Positions 49,573 to 63,227 of a stretch of 64,000 nt of DNA are shown here, piece after piece. The stretch covers positions 749,402-813,401 of the forward strand of contig NMRA01000143.1 in the NCBI GenBank assembly GCA_002633005.1, in the 5' to 3' direction. Origin of the DNA: Phoronis australis (taxonomy: Eukaryota > Animalia > Phoronida). The position numbers and the translations under genes are program-made. Within the stretch, counting starts at the first letter, position 1, and each line of letters begins with the position of its first letter. Under the pieces are notes generated by a model that searched no databases, was not told the DNA's origin, and was given only the letters and a program-made list of their open reading frames with translations.

Positions 49573-52500
49573 TGTATGTAGGACAATTTATCCCGTAATA
49601 CACACCAGCGATAGAAAGTTGAGGAACGCTGTGAGCAGACGTTTGTGTGAAAAAAGTCGTAGTTTCTTGTAAACCCCTTAGCTCTCAGTGTATATATACT
49701 TTATGCACCCATAACGAAACGTTTTCGTTGGATTTGAATTAGATTTTGGCTGATTTTTTTGGCCGGAGACGCTTTTTAGATTGATCTATTTATGATGGCC
49801 CAGATTGAAAAAAGCGAGGCCTAAAACTAGGCGCCTGGTTTCGGCGTGTGTCGAAAATTTCATTGGTAATTTTTTCTGGTCTTCTAGAGCAGTCAAACTG
49901 CTTTCTCAATAACGACGCCTTGGATAAATGATTAAGGGTAACCCAAGGGAACCAGCTCGATCAAATTTGGTGTTGTACATGCGAATTTACTCCACCAGGA
50001 GACTGATCACCAACCGTGAAATACAGCTTTTACCGTTGTATTCGGTTTCTACCGTTGAATACTTATAGACTGATACTTCCCCGTATCCTTCGGCAGTTAA
50101 TAACGTGACGTACATGTATAAAACACCCGCACTTTCACGTATTTTATTATGAGATAAAATATGTTTTTTCACGTGCACGGCTATCGATATCTTATATACG
50201 AGTTTATGCAATAAGATGAAGACTTTACACCTTATTCTTCGCTTAGTTGGGAAAACGGAAGTGGCCCGTTGCCAATAAATGTTCGCAGAGAAAATGTGTG
50301 CTGCATAGCTCACTGTAACCTACATGTGCCTAACATATTTTGCAAGTGCTGTACTGTGCAGTTAATTTAAAAGTTATTGTCGAGGAATCAGTACTGATTT
50401 TAGATCATTACTCGAAACTATATCAAAACGTCACCAAACACAGATTGCAAGACGAGTTCTATGCTACCACGCATGAAAAAAAGCTTGAGAGATGCCGGTC
50501 GATGCCTGCAGTCTCCGGAATAGGACCCATATTTAGATAACAGCAGCGTCGTCTAGCGTTCAACAGATTCACTGAGGTATATATAGCCTCCACAGGTGTC
50601 AGACCACCAGTCCTGACTCGACTTCCCTGATGTGAGAATGCCAGTTCCAAGGAAGATGCCTCCACCTATTAGTGTTCGTACTAGTTGGAGTTATAAAAAA
50701 CAAATAGAGCAATTCAGTGAACTGGGACAACGCACTCGATGTGTTGTGCACAAACTACAATGGTTCTACATGCATGGAACGGGCACGCTTTCACGAGGCA
50801 TCGTTTCCTTAACAGCAGTGCAGAACAAGCATTTTCGCATCGCCACCAACGTGAGCATGTAATGAATAATAGGATCGTCCCAGATTACCGCGATAGAACT
50901 CTCCTCAAAGACCTAGTTATGGCATGTCTGGCACATTTTCGAGGTGTATGGCCGTAGTAATATTCTCGAATTGACCTGTTTAAAAGTACCGTTTAAAAGC
51001 ACTGGAATTGAAAAAATAGCATAAAGAAAGGGAATTCTGTTACGTTCAACATTAACCCGGCAGATTTGCTTTATCCACTCGCTCGGTCTGTTCTTATTGA
51101 TGTCGGGAAGGCGAAGAATACATGTCACGAAATAACACGTACCAGGATTTTGCGCATTCGGAAAATGAAAAATTTCAGGCGTTTCGGTATCACCAAATAA
51201 ATGCCAGGGCGTTTATTCGGATAAGGGGACGTGTAAACGGAAAGTCATAGCCTCGGTTGGTATGAAAATATCCGCACTTTTTGATAAAACTGTGATATTT
51301 AATTTTAAGTCAATAAATATATAGTTTGTCGATACTTTGTTCATTTTTATAAATGATAAATGCTTCACAGAACTGACTTTTTGACGCTGAGTGGACTTTT
51401 AAGAGGACATTTTCCGAATAAACGCCTAACTATCTGGACGCTTGACACAAGTTGTAGCACCAAATAAACGCCCATAGGCGAGTATTTGGCATGATTTTCC
51501 GAATAAACGCCCATGGACGTTTCATTGGGTTGACTTGTCCACGGAAAATCCCAAGTATACATGTATCCATCGGAGTTTTAGCCACGCCACAACAGAAATA
51601 CTTCTTGGACCAATAGAGAAATTCAGTCGAGAAAAACTAGACAATAGAATGCGACAACACGCAGAACCCCAATGACGCGATACAGAAGTGCATGGCGGAT
51701 ATGGTGCCATAGTGGATAAATGCATCGAGATTTGACTGTCGCTGTGCGATACAGGAAGGCTCTATTACGCACATTCTACGTAAGTTTCTCACGTGAATGA
51801 GCTTTTTTCGAATACAGACAAGTTCAACGAGCGGTGTTACCTGGTATAATAACGAATTCAAAGCTTTGAACCTGTAATGCCCATATATATAATACTCCGT
51901 CGTGAAATCACATAATCAAAGTTTGCAGACTTCGCTGAAAAACGGAAATTAAATACATAAATTAAATTTTTATTTCTCAATGATTAGCTCACTGAATACG
52001 AAAATTCAATGACGCCTTTTACTCTCACATAATCGGTGGTCTCTCTTACCCTTTTACATACATGTACCTACAATTACCGACATTCGAATCATCGGTGACT
52101 CAGGAAAAGGCTCAAGTTCGTACTTTATTGGACTTAACTAAAATAACGATTTTAAAAATGGCGCATGCATTGTCTATGCCTTGAGTTGCCGAAGAATTGA
52201 AATATTGTCATAATGACTCAATACCGAATATGTGAGACTAAACGGCTTATTCAATTTTTGTTTTTAAGCCACTCTTTAGACAAGGCAAAATACAGCTTTA
52301 AAGCTTTCAGTTAATGTTGGTGGAAACAATAAATGTCGAGTGATACTTTGCACACATCTAAAAAACATAGCAAGATGTTGTAAAACAGTTACCGTCCCAT
52401 GAACTGGAAAAATATCAAGAAAACTTTTTCGCTCTTTACCGAAATGGCTGGTGAGGTAGACGTCAAATAACAGCCATATGTAAAATGCAAATATGAAAAA

Positions 52501-53819
52501 AAACAACTGAATCCGATTTCAAGGCCGTTGTGTTCTAGTGTCATACGTCCTGCACGCCGCAAAACTAAAATAAGTGCATGGTTTAGGGTGTTATTGAAAC
52601 TCGTTTCTCTTTATGGGAGATGAACAGATAGTGCAATTGATTTCATAACGCTGGTGTGTACTTGCTGACTGCCGAAAACTCCACCTAACTTTGACCCTTG
52701 CCGGTCCCCTGCGTGAAGAGAACACGCAGGTATCATTCAGTAGCACGCGTTTTATTACTGATTGATGTAACCTCGGCAGTCATTGGTTAGCTTTACAACG
52801 AAGCAGAAAGGAAATGGCTGACTATGAACGATTTTTTAGCCTTGTCATGCAGGTGGCGTAACAGCAACTATTTCGTTTCTGCTGTAATGCTTAAGAGCCG
52901 CGTGCTTGAAGCGCATGCATGTACAATAAACACACACCTGGCCGATTTTACCGGTGTGTTATTCATACTGTGTGAATACAGGACAGCTACGTAAACGAAA
53001 GTCAGCGACAGTAGAAAAATGCACTCCGGAAAGGCGCAACCACAATTTTTTCTGATTCACATCTCTCAAGTTGAACATGAATTAAGCACCGATTTGTCTG
53101 TACATGTATAACAGACCACATTTACAATTCCTTCATCAGTCATGCCAGTTCGTTTGCGTAAATTCGACAAGCCAATTAGAAACGCCGGTGTAAAAGAAAT
53201 CCCGAGGAAAGTTAATGATACCTGCAGACATGCACGGAACCAGCGAGAACTTTGACCATGACTGATATACACGAGTGACCTCAACTTGTTCCTTATTCAG
53301 ACTGTAATTCGCCATTGGTTGAAACCAGTTGAATTGACCATTAGGCCAAGTACTTTGTAACGGACATTCAATTAATCCGAAACTGTGGGCAATTTTTAGT
53401 AACAAGGTTGATTAATTACGGTTTTATGATCAGTAGGTTTGAGTTCAGTTCGTATCTGACCTAAACAGATATCCACATTTTCCCAAAAGTCCTGGTTCGG
53501 GTGTTACCCTGGCACAGGCAAATACCTGTTTTGAGGCATACTTACTGAAGCTACTGAAAAGTTTGTCCACAAGCAAGTTTTGAGAATTGTTGCTTTGTAA
53601 CCAAATTTTATGAACGGCCAAATGGGTACTTTCAGAAACTAAACCGCGTGGTGGCGCTTCAGCCAAGCCAGTAAAGACTCACAAGCTAAGATTACCCTAC
53701 CGTTTGTGGTCACGGCACAAAAGTGTAGCAACTGAAGAATAAACTAGGCATTTCAACTTCGTTGTACATGTAAGTCGCAAGCATCTGGTGAATGTCGTTG
53801 GCACCAAATCAAAGGAGAC

Positions 53820-54003
53820 TGTGGCCTAGCTAAAGTGTCCATCTTTTGCCTTACTCAAGCTCGTGGGTTCTCTCGGCTAGACCCTTGAGTCATTTTTCTA
53901 GCTTCTCAGCTGGGCTTTAACTATGTATTAATATAAAATGCTTCCAGGTGATCAGTGCAGTAGGCTCACCTGATCGACCGGTGCACGTCTGATACCACGC
54001 CTG
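53820..54003 (+). mobile_element. tRNA-derived SINE, copy 2
   Basis: Homologous to 28876-29092. Confidence 0.65.
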
Positions 54004-54718
54004 CAATATTTTTGCACCAAATTCTAAATTCATCTCAAAAGTCATTTTACTGTGTTGCACAAAGTAACAAAGCTAATAAATGTGCAAGAAATCCGAGTTT
54101 GTTTATGCCCTTATTAACGTTAACCCCGGTGGACGACATAGATGTGCAAACGATCAACATTTAAAAAAAAAACGGATACAACATGACAGTTGCAAGCTTC
54201 TGAATCAATACAATATCCGGAAACCTCCACGTATTTACAACGGCGAGTGTTCTCTTCTTCGGCAACTAGGCGGTTACTAAGGCCCGTGACTATAAAGACA
54301 ACTGGCCAACACGTCTATCTCAGTGGCAGCCTTAACTGTTGCACAAAATTTTTCATTTCGTTTACTCTGAACATGAAGGAAAGTTTCAACCATGACTGTG
54401 CACATAGGCTTCCTAAACTGCATAATCCAAATCAGTAGAGGGCGGTTGCCAGAAATATGTTTACAGGTTATTTCTAGTTGATTGAAAGTGCGTATGCACA
54501 AGCAAATCATGTGTCTCATCATTCTAATAAAGTTTAAATGGATGAGTGTGACGTCAACACCCCTGAAACATAGTAATACGCAACTGAAACACAATTCAGT
54601 GTATTTTTCAGGTCTTCTTCCAAAAGTGTATTCACTTCTAAAAGCAGAAACACTTCTGCTTGAGGAACTCGGGGATATTCCTAGGAATGAGGAAGTTGAA
54701 TAACTGACATTCCTTTAA

Positions 54719-56349
54719 AGGAGCATGCCACCCAAAAAACAACCTAGTTTGTATCAATTTAGATCGAGTAGTTCTACTCCATAACGACACGTGCGGTTGC
54801 GTTACCTGACACCTGACGGCAGACGGAGGTGTTGAAATTATCCAATGACGTCATCGGTTTCACACGCAGTCTGTTCAGCAGTTCACAACACGGGTTACTG
54901 GTGTCAGCTTATCGCTTGAAGTCATCGTTTAACACCAATAAATCATCAAACTTCGATGTGAAACCCTTAAAAATACACCGATTTCTTATAAAAACGTGTT
55001 GTTTTATTTCGCTCTTACGGATATATTGGTATTTGGACACACCGTAGCCTACAAAGCTCGGCAGGCCAATAAGGTCCGTAGCAGGAGTTTGGGGTCTGTT
55101 CGGAGATAATTTCGAAGTATTTTCCGTGAGATACAGACAGGAGAACCTAGATCTGTGTTGTTTAGACTTGTGATTTTTTGAGTTCTAAACACAAAACGCT
55201 TGTTATCCTGGCCAGTGGCTCGGAGCCCGATCAGGCCCGTCGCGGCCGGCCGGATTGACTCGTTATCCCTGCCAGTGGCTCGGAAACTGATCAGACATCA
55301 CGAACATAAACCAGCCAAAGTTCAGTAGAAATACTATACTAGTGAGCCAAAGTAATGTGCACCTGATTATGATGGTGAATTAGCCACGAAACTGCAAATC
55401 TACTTACTCGTCGGGGTCCGCGAATTCAGGTTCCGCTTTGGCCACAGCACCGTCAGGGCAGAAGTTGTACATTGACAATCATTATTTGAGTAATGTAAAT
55501 GTAAATAAAGATTCCCCTAACACCTGGCCGTGGGATGGAAATCGAGATGTTTCACAACAGTTTCTTCCAGCAAACACTAAATTAGCATGAGCTCACACGG
55601 CCTCGGTGTCCTGTCAATTAGTTTTATTGCACCTAAAGCCGGTAACGCAGTGATTTCTTCATTGCTGGCTTCTCAAATCATTTGCACTCACGAACACTCC
55701 AAAGGCATTAAAAATTGCATCTAATGAGACAGACTTTGTTTCAGTTTTATATAAGTATTGGTTAGGGTGAGAATAATTCATTTTGAAACAGGACGCTCAG
55801 TAATAAACGCCCGGCAACATGGCAACTCGCAATCCCGACTTAGGACGAGCTAGAGCTCATCAGTCCCGACTTCACAGGTGGATCGTTAAGTTTTTCACGC
55901 TATCAATTCGAACAGGAATACAGTGATGAAGAAATACTAGAGAGGCGCCGTGAACAAGCTGGGACAACGGAGCGTATGGAGTTATTTGGTAAGCCGGCAT
56001 TCGTCAGGCACAGTCGACGTCTGCAGGCCACAGACACGGAGATGTTTCACGGCCTCATACTTGCTATTTACAGCGTACATTTCATTATTCACTACCACGA
56101 GCCACTTCCTAAGCATTTCGGACTCTCGAGGAAGTAAAAAACGATATACCCGCTTTCGGGAACGATGCACCGCAACATAGCGGCATTCACTCTGCATATG
56201 AACCACTGACGTCGCTAGCGTCGTTTCTCACCTTCCTCACAGGTTAACGCGACACCTCTTGGCAAGGTAAGGTCGACGTATGCGAGACGAAGTGGATATA
56301 GACCGATTAAGACGGCAAAAAGACTAATTAAATCGGGTGGCATTCTCCT
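54719..56349 (-). mobile_element. Kolobok-like non-autonomous DNA transposon (1631 bp)
   Basis: TTAA on both sides (54715-54718, 56350-56353); TIR AGGAGCATGCCACCC / GGGTGGCATTCTCCT (14/15); purine-purine terminus; decayed THAP-like coding sequence inside. Confidence 0.8.
56020..56186 (-). pseudogene. Frameshifted THAP-domain remnant
   Basis: One frame gives MPLCCGASFPKAGISFF and the adjacent frame continues LPRESEMLRKWLVVV...KHLRVCGL, matching the THAP pattern (MPxCC...F.P..W...VC); the terminal HF is lost. Confidence 0.6.
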
Positions 56350-57528
56350 TTAAGTGTTTCACACTGCGACAAGGATAGCATGAATGCTAGCAACGACAAT
56401 GAATACTTCTGAGATCTCTCCTAAATAAACGGTGCTAATGAAAAATTCTGTCGACACTCCAAATGACATCAAAAGGAAGAGACGACCAATGGACCACAGC
56501 AAGGAATTTTTAATAAGTACATGTAATCTCCTGATCTCACTGCCATAGCCAATTTCTAGTTGACATGGAGCCCATTACTTCCCGAAAAAAGTGTCTCTGG
56601 GAAACTATGAACACGTCGGTACCACGCCAAAATCCATGTTCTAATTAGTTAAAACTAACAAATGTCTTCAAATTTCAAATCCAATTATTTAAATATACAC
56701 CAAAGTAACAAGTTGCAAAATGATTTTGTAGCCTGCAGATGTGGTTGAGAGGAAATTCGTGAGGAACTGAGAAGTCAAATGAAGGACAGACTCGTTATAA
56801 TCATGCACAATGATGTAGAACTGAGCCACTGGAAAATTATAGCACTTCTTTTACAGTATGTGTAGGCAGGTTGAGACCAAGTCTTGACTGCTTAAAGACA
56901 TTTCCCCCTTTCGCAGAAAATAAGCTACGTATGAGAAATAATGACAAGCTAATTGCACCTACATAACATTAATACCGATCAAGTCACTATTATTTTGTAT
57001 ACGGACTACTATTACAATACTCAAATGGTATTATTTTTACCATGCGGCATAGTATATCACATTACATTCCAATTCTAAGCAAGTTACCAAAACTTATTGT
57101 CCGTTCAACGTAGAATGTAATGAATCCAGCTAGTTAAGCGTATTTATATTTTGTAGTAATAACATTGAATCACAGTACTGGTGGGGGACGGACAGCGGAA
57201 CGGCGACAGACAGTCTTAGAGCACGCTTCATCTTTAGTAGCGTAGTTTTTCGTGGAGCCTGAGGTCACACCAGGTCACTGTCCTTTAGAGTGGGTGAGAG
57301 GGGTTATGGGAAGTAATGACCAGGCGTTAATTAATTGTTGCGCGCATTGATAGCTGGTAAAACACTAAATGAGATAAGCACTTTTACATTTGTATAGCTT
57401 CTGATAATCGGAACTTCTATCGAAAGCTATGGAACGCCCACGTGTTCTTTTGAGAACACTTACATCACTAGCTCAACAATAGCGCGAGAGAATGAGACGT
57501 ACCCGTACGAAAGAGTGTAATGCAATGG

Positions 57529-57613
57529 CATGGGCGGCGCACCATAGGGGGCTGGGGGGGGGGGGGGCTACAGCTTTCNGCTTTCCACTATTTTCAGTGC
57601 TGCGCCGCCTATG
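57529..57613 (-). mobile_element. 85-bp mini-MITE with 5-bp TSD AATGG
   Basis: TIRs CATGGGCGGCGCA / TGCGCCGCCTATG; AATGG at 57524-57528 and 57614-57618. Confidence 0.85.
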
Positions 57614-60600
57614 AATGGTCGCTGTACAACACAGGCGCGAATCCGGAAGTCGCTGATAAAACACACCAAGTTATAGTGCAGTGTGGACGTTATAGCAACG
57701 AGGGCAACGAATACATCCTCAAAGTAACACGCCGGGTTGCTGTAAAGTCATCCATTAAACTTGAATCTGAGCGTGTTATCAGCACTGCCCTCGTACATGA
57801 ACGATGGCAAACAATAGAAAAGAACTATTTTTGTTGAGAATTGAATCTAATGTACAATAATGCTACTCTCAGAAACCACCGAGAATCAATTATATCTGGG
57901 TGATTATGACATATGAAACCGCGTTTCATTATTCGGAAAGCGTGCAGCTGCAGATTGCCCGCTGCAATCGGCTCGTAGAGCAGCGAAATCTTGGAATGAA
58001 ACCTTCCGTTAGATCAATTCCATGCCATTAGGCTGTAGCCACAATTAGATAACAAATAACAGGGACACCATAGACGTTTGGAAGTGACCAAGAAATCAGC
58101 TTAGAGAACGAGCATAGAAAAAAGTAATGCCGAGTCGACTCCACTATGCACCTCATAGGTCGAAATCAAGGGAAAAACGTATTTAAGAAGTTTTCTTATT
58201 TTCTCCCAACTATGAATAAAAGCTTCCGGTTGTGGAATGGAATCACCAAGATTCCGAGAGCGGTCATGAACACTTTTACTGGAGATTCGATGCGTTAAGG
58301 TACAATACACATTGTAATTCTGCTCTGCGAGCAAGCAAATACAAATATTAACGTTTAAACTGACAATGAAGAAGCATAAAAAGTCTAGGTACATATTGAA
58401 CGCGAATTTTGGTTGTGTATGTTGACGTTTGCGCAACATTTTGTTACTCTTGAGAATGACACTGACAATATTTTCAGCTATGTCAAATCATTTTCAATAA
58501 TTCCATTACATGATTTTTTCTGTCTGAACAATATCGAATGCAGTCGGCCTCTTTTCTGCCATAACTGAGGCTGCTCATGCAACACATATAAACATGTAAC
58601 ATGTTGACAGAAAAATTGTAATGCGTTGACATCAAAGTACACGTGAGGGTTGCGCTACAATGTCTGATGTATGTTTTTTACCTCAGCACTACGTACATGT
58701 AAGTAGGTGTAGTGTAATTGTAAGAAGTATTCTCACTGGGAAGATACGTACATGTAATGATGCCAAGTTATAAAACTTATTATTGTTTGAAATTAAAGCT
58801 GGAACTAAAGTCACTGGAATGCCAAAACCTGTCATTGTCTTGATTTTTTCTTTTCACTGACTTTAATCATAACTTGAAGTATACTATTTATAAATGGTTA
58901 GAATACGCTACTTCTATAAGTAGCGTTTTTTCTTCAAGGTAAGATATTCTGCACGACTAAGTAATGGTTGCCAGTAAAGGAGTACAAACACCAACAGGAC
59001 ATTATAAAACAATCTCATCTTCCATCGCCATTCACTAGTGATCATACGGAAGGCACTTCAAAAATTGGTCAAACACATGAGAAGCATAATCACGAATTAC
59101 TACATTATATGATATACGTACGCAGAGTTAACGATCCAGGGTTCTTCGGTTCACCAGTTAGTTGTACGTCCACTAAAACACTTCCCCTTTCAACACGACT
59201 TCTCAGTCACACAGCGTGTTAAGATGCACCTGCACTAAAAGGACATCTTTACTGTCCGTTACACGAAGAACAGAGGAGAGAACCCACATCGTTACTTCGA
59301 ATACATAAGGAGCGCTTATAATTTGCAGGAAACACGATTATGAGTCTGCATCTTTATCTTACAGTAATGAACACATCTTACGTTCACTTCAATTAACGAT
59401 GTGATTCGGTTCATTGCGTACTGCACTCGTTTTTCTTACCCTGCAATAGCTTGGCTTCTCCGGTAAAGGGAGATGATAAACGACAGCAAAGAAACTGAAT
59501 TTCTAACTCCAGCTTCAACGCGGAATAGAACTTGCAGTCTAACGTTTTGCTGGCGGAGCTAATTTATCCCACTCGAGAAGCATTCGAGTATTTGATTTAT
59601 TTGGTAAATTTAGCGGTCTGTCTTGATTTCAGTGGATGTCTGCCAGACAACGGAGAAAATTGGCAATTTGTACTAAATCACAGGAACACCACAACTTTTA
59701 TTGTTTGATAACACTGGCCGAACCTAATAACTTCAAGAATTCTTCCCCATCAAAAATAATGCCAAAATGCTTTTTGGGTCGTAAAACCTTTACAGTTTCT
59801 TAGAAGATACTAGGTTCCCATAATATGAAGCTTTGAAAACCAAATGACCGTCTTCTTTGCGGAATTACTCACTCGTCGAAGAAGAGAAAATTAAGATATC
59901 CTGAAAATGCAAAATATTCTATTGTATATCTTGGAGAATACTTCCGCAACAGCCGCCAATTGATCTCTCGCCAAAATGTTACCCATTATTAATACATTTG
60001 TAAATGAAGATGGTCATTGATGCCACAAGACAAAGTCACCACGATTAATTTTACTTTCACGCCTGTGATCACCATCTTCTCGTAATCAAAATGCCGAGTC
60101 TTGTATGGGAAATAGTATTGATTCTGTCTGGTTATCTGTACGCAATGTCCAATCTAAAATGTATTTCAAGCTATTATTCAAATGGGCTGAAACATGTTGG
60201 GTAGACTGAACGTGATACAAAACCGGTCAACACAGAGAAGCATTCATATCCCTAGTACATTAGTAAATAAATAACCCTAATTCATTGCGTACACAATTGC
60301 TTATACTGAATGGCGTTACCATAGAGATGAGAGACCGAGATATCCTTCCTCTTGGCAAATTCATAACGACATCATTAGATATTAAAATATCGCTTGATAT
60401 CTAAGCTTTCGGAATATCCCACCACGTATTCAGTGTGACGCAATAATGAATTCGATTTCTATTCACACCCCTACTTCTGCATGATCCATGATGGATTATT
60501 TACAGTTAGTAACATCTCAATACAGAACAACGATATATAAGCGAACTGAGTACGTCAAGTACAGGGTTAAAAGACTTGCAGATGAGTCAACGACACATAT

Positions 60601-62740
60601 CAAAGACAAAACTGGTTTCAGAAACTTCGATTAGGTTCTTCGTTTGGCTTTGATACCAAAATACATTCATGAGATCAATAAGCCTTGGACTGAAAAACAT
60701 ACACACCCGTCGGAGACGCTAAAGTTTTTATACCTGTCTGCATTTGTGACTCCACCCAATCCCGCACGAATATTTTTCTCGCTGCACTGAGAAACCCGGA
60801 AGACTTCGGGTCATTTACAAATATTTATCAAGTTAATGAAAAAGTACCTTACGCCTCTGGACGTGTTGCCTCATCTTGCGTTTTGCAGCCTCATCGCTCG
60901 GCATTAGCTTCGGGTGTTTTTAATGGGCAAATTAAACATGCTACCGGAAAGCCAAAGGCACTGGTTTTATATCGAGCGTCTTCCGAATTAAGCTTTACGA
61001 AAAGGATTTTATCTAACACTCTAATGGTCATTCTAAATAATCTTTAGACTTTTTGATGACTTCGTTTAACAAGGGACTCCCTCGTATTACCTCAAGCCCA
61101 AATTGCTTAACGATGCTACTGATGCATAAAACCTCCCCATGTCATTGTAAAGATTTCTGGAACACGATAAACAGACTAAATTGTAATAATGAAAGTGGTT
61201 TTCTGCCACTGAAACAGAAGTCAACCTGCTCACCAAGTATTTTTAGGGTTTGTTTGTGAAGTATTTTAATTTCGATTGATATCAAAGAATTTTTGGTTTC
61301 AAATTCCAAAAAACGATCTGTCAACTGGTCGTAAATTCGTCTATTTTTCTTCCACAAGGCAAAGCATGTTACCTTATCAGGTGTAGCAAGACATAGACGT
61401 AGCAAAATGAGACCTTTGACCTCAGGCGACTTAAAACAACTGACTGTGAGCGCGTGCGCCCATCTGCCATACGTGGGAGGGAGATTAAAAACTCTGTGGT
61501 AACCACAGAGTTTTTCCTTCGCGCGTATTAAAATCGTGACTTTTGTGTTTTTTCTAGAAAGGTCTTCACAGGGAAAGTGAGTAACTCTTTATTAGACGTT
61601 GTGAGATGGCACTTTCGTCAGGAATTGTTTAAAAAATAATTTTAACGAGCTCTCATGCTCCATGCCTCTTTAAAGACAACTAAAATAAAACGATTTCTAA
61701 CAGTCGTAAACGGCATGCTGGCGGCGATTTGTTGGGCGTGCTTACAGGCGGTGGGGGGATGGGGGCAAATCTGCATATGCAAGGCAAAAGGCAAATAGGG
61801 TAGACTATCAAAGAACGATAAACAGTAAACCTCAATTGATATCGTGACATTGAGAATGTTGGTACCAATTTGACAGAGTAAGTCAAAATATTTCTCAATT
61901 CAAATTTCCATGTTTAGGCGTGAGTAGGAAGGCCAGGAATTTCAATCACGCGGTTTAGGTGTAAAGCGACAACATATGATGTATTAGGCCAATCAGGTGT
62001 TACACCTTCATGTACATGTGCAGTATCCTAAGTAGGTATTATTGTACGTCAGCCTCCATAGAGACTGCTTTACGCGGCCATGATAAAGCAAACGAATAAA
62101 ATTTATTTTTAAGATAGTACGCGTATTTCCTCACAACTCAAGTACATGTAGGTCCTCCAATTCTATTCCTCACACAAACAGCTAGACCTACTCACCGATC
62201 AAAGGCTCCAACCTAAGGTTTGCTTTCCCATTTCGCAGTTGTGTCGAGACTGAGCCACGTCCAGCGGTCGAATTACTACTTGACCAATGCATCAGCAACC
62301 GGGCTAAGCCCATCACAAAGTACCACCAATCCAACGAGCATTTTATTTATCTGTTCTTGCGACGAGTTTTTTTAATCCTACTACGCAACTCACATTCCAC
62401 ATAGATATCGTGCAGAGAGATAGAAAACGGAACTAATTACAGCGAAAAGGCATACACGTGGCGTCCATGTAAACTTCCTTCTTAATTATGTTATCAAAGT
62501 TCTAATCCCGCTCGACAGATCTGAATGGCGCAAGAGAAGCGTACCTGTAGAGGGTCGGTCCGGGACCTTTCCCTCCGTTAACTCCCTGTATCGGACAGCA
62601 GCTTTTTTAAGTAGTCGGCAGAATTTTATAACGACTTCAATAATTTATCCATATGTTATTTGTAAAAACAATGTGCCATATACATGTATGAAATGCCGTC
62701 ACATTATTAACACTCAGCAAAGCAGGAAATATTGCAAACT

Positions 62741-62772
<32 letters not shown>

Positions 62773-62810
62773 GCACGCACGCACGCNCACACACACACAC
62801 ACACACACAC
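62741..62810. repeat. (AC)n/(ACGC)n microsatellite
   Basis: Direct observation. Confidence 0.97.
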
Positions 62811-62903
62811 GGTTAGCTCTAGTTATTGGTGAAACAGATTCATTTGAGTGGATATATCATAATGGGAATACAGTTCTTAGTACAAAGTCAACCATTTACG
62901 TAC

Positions 62904-62949
62904 TTAGTTAACGTTTTCGGCCATCACTCTGAGGCTTGTCTCAAATTTA
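62904..62949 (-). ncRNA. Degenerate second hammerhead motif (A9->C, weakened stems)
   Basis: Minus strand: TAAAT TTGAGAC AAGCC TCAGAGTGAT GGCC GAAA ACGTTA ACTAA. Confidence 0.4.
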
Positions 62950-63181
62950 AGATGACAAGAAAGGCTGACGTCATCCTGTGTGGGGACATCTGACGGACGT
63001 CTAGGAACATGAATCTGCTTAAAGTGTGTCACTGGGCTGTACATGTCTGATGGAATACTGGGTAGTAGTTTCTATCAAACATATACCGCCCAGTGATACG
63101 CTTTAAGCAGACTAAGATTCGAGACGCCTGTCAGATGTCACCACACAGGATGACTACTCGTCCCAGCCTCTCACGTTATCA

Positions 63182-63227
63182 TTAGTTTGAGAAAAGCCTT
63201 GCAGTGAAGGCTGAAAACGTTAACTAG
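63182..63227 (+). ncRNA. Minimal type-I hammerhead ribozyme motif (U3-A8 variant)
   Basis: Stem I TTAGT/ACTAG, core TTGAGAA, one extra A, stem II AGCCTT-gcagtg-AAGGCT, GAAA, palindromic stem III AACGTT, NUH triplet TTA (predicted cut after 63222). Confidence 0.6.

Noticed and set aside
58906-58932. Hairpin ACGCTACTT-ctat-AAGTAGCGT followed by a T-run, resembling an intrinsic terminator or Helitron end
   Set aside because: Eukaryotic context, no upstream gene, and no CTRR terminus.
59700-61420. Possible decayed retroelement or transposase coding sequence
   Set aside because: Only vague motifs (e.g. FGIIFD) amid many stops; no diagnostic RT or DDE motif is recognisable.
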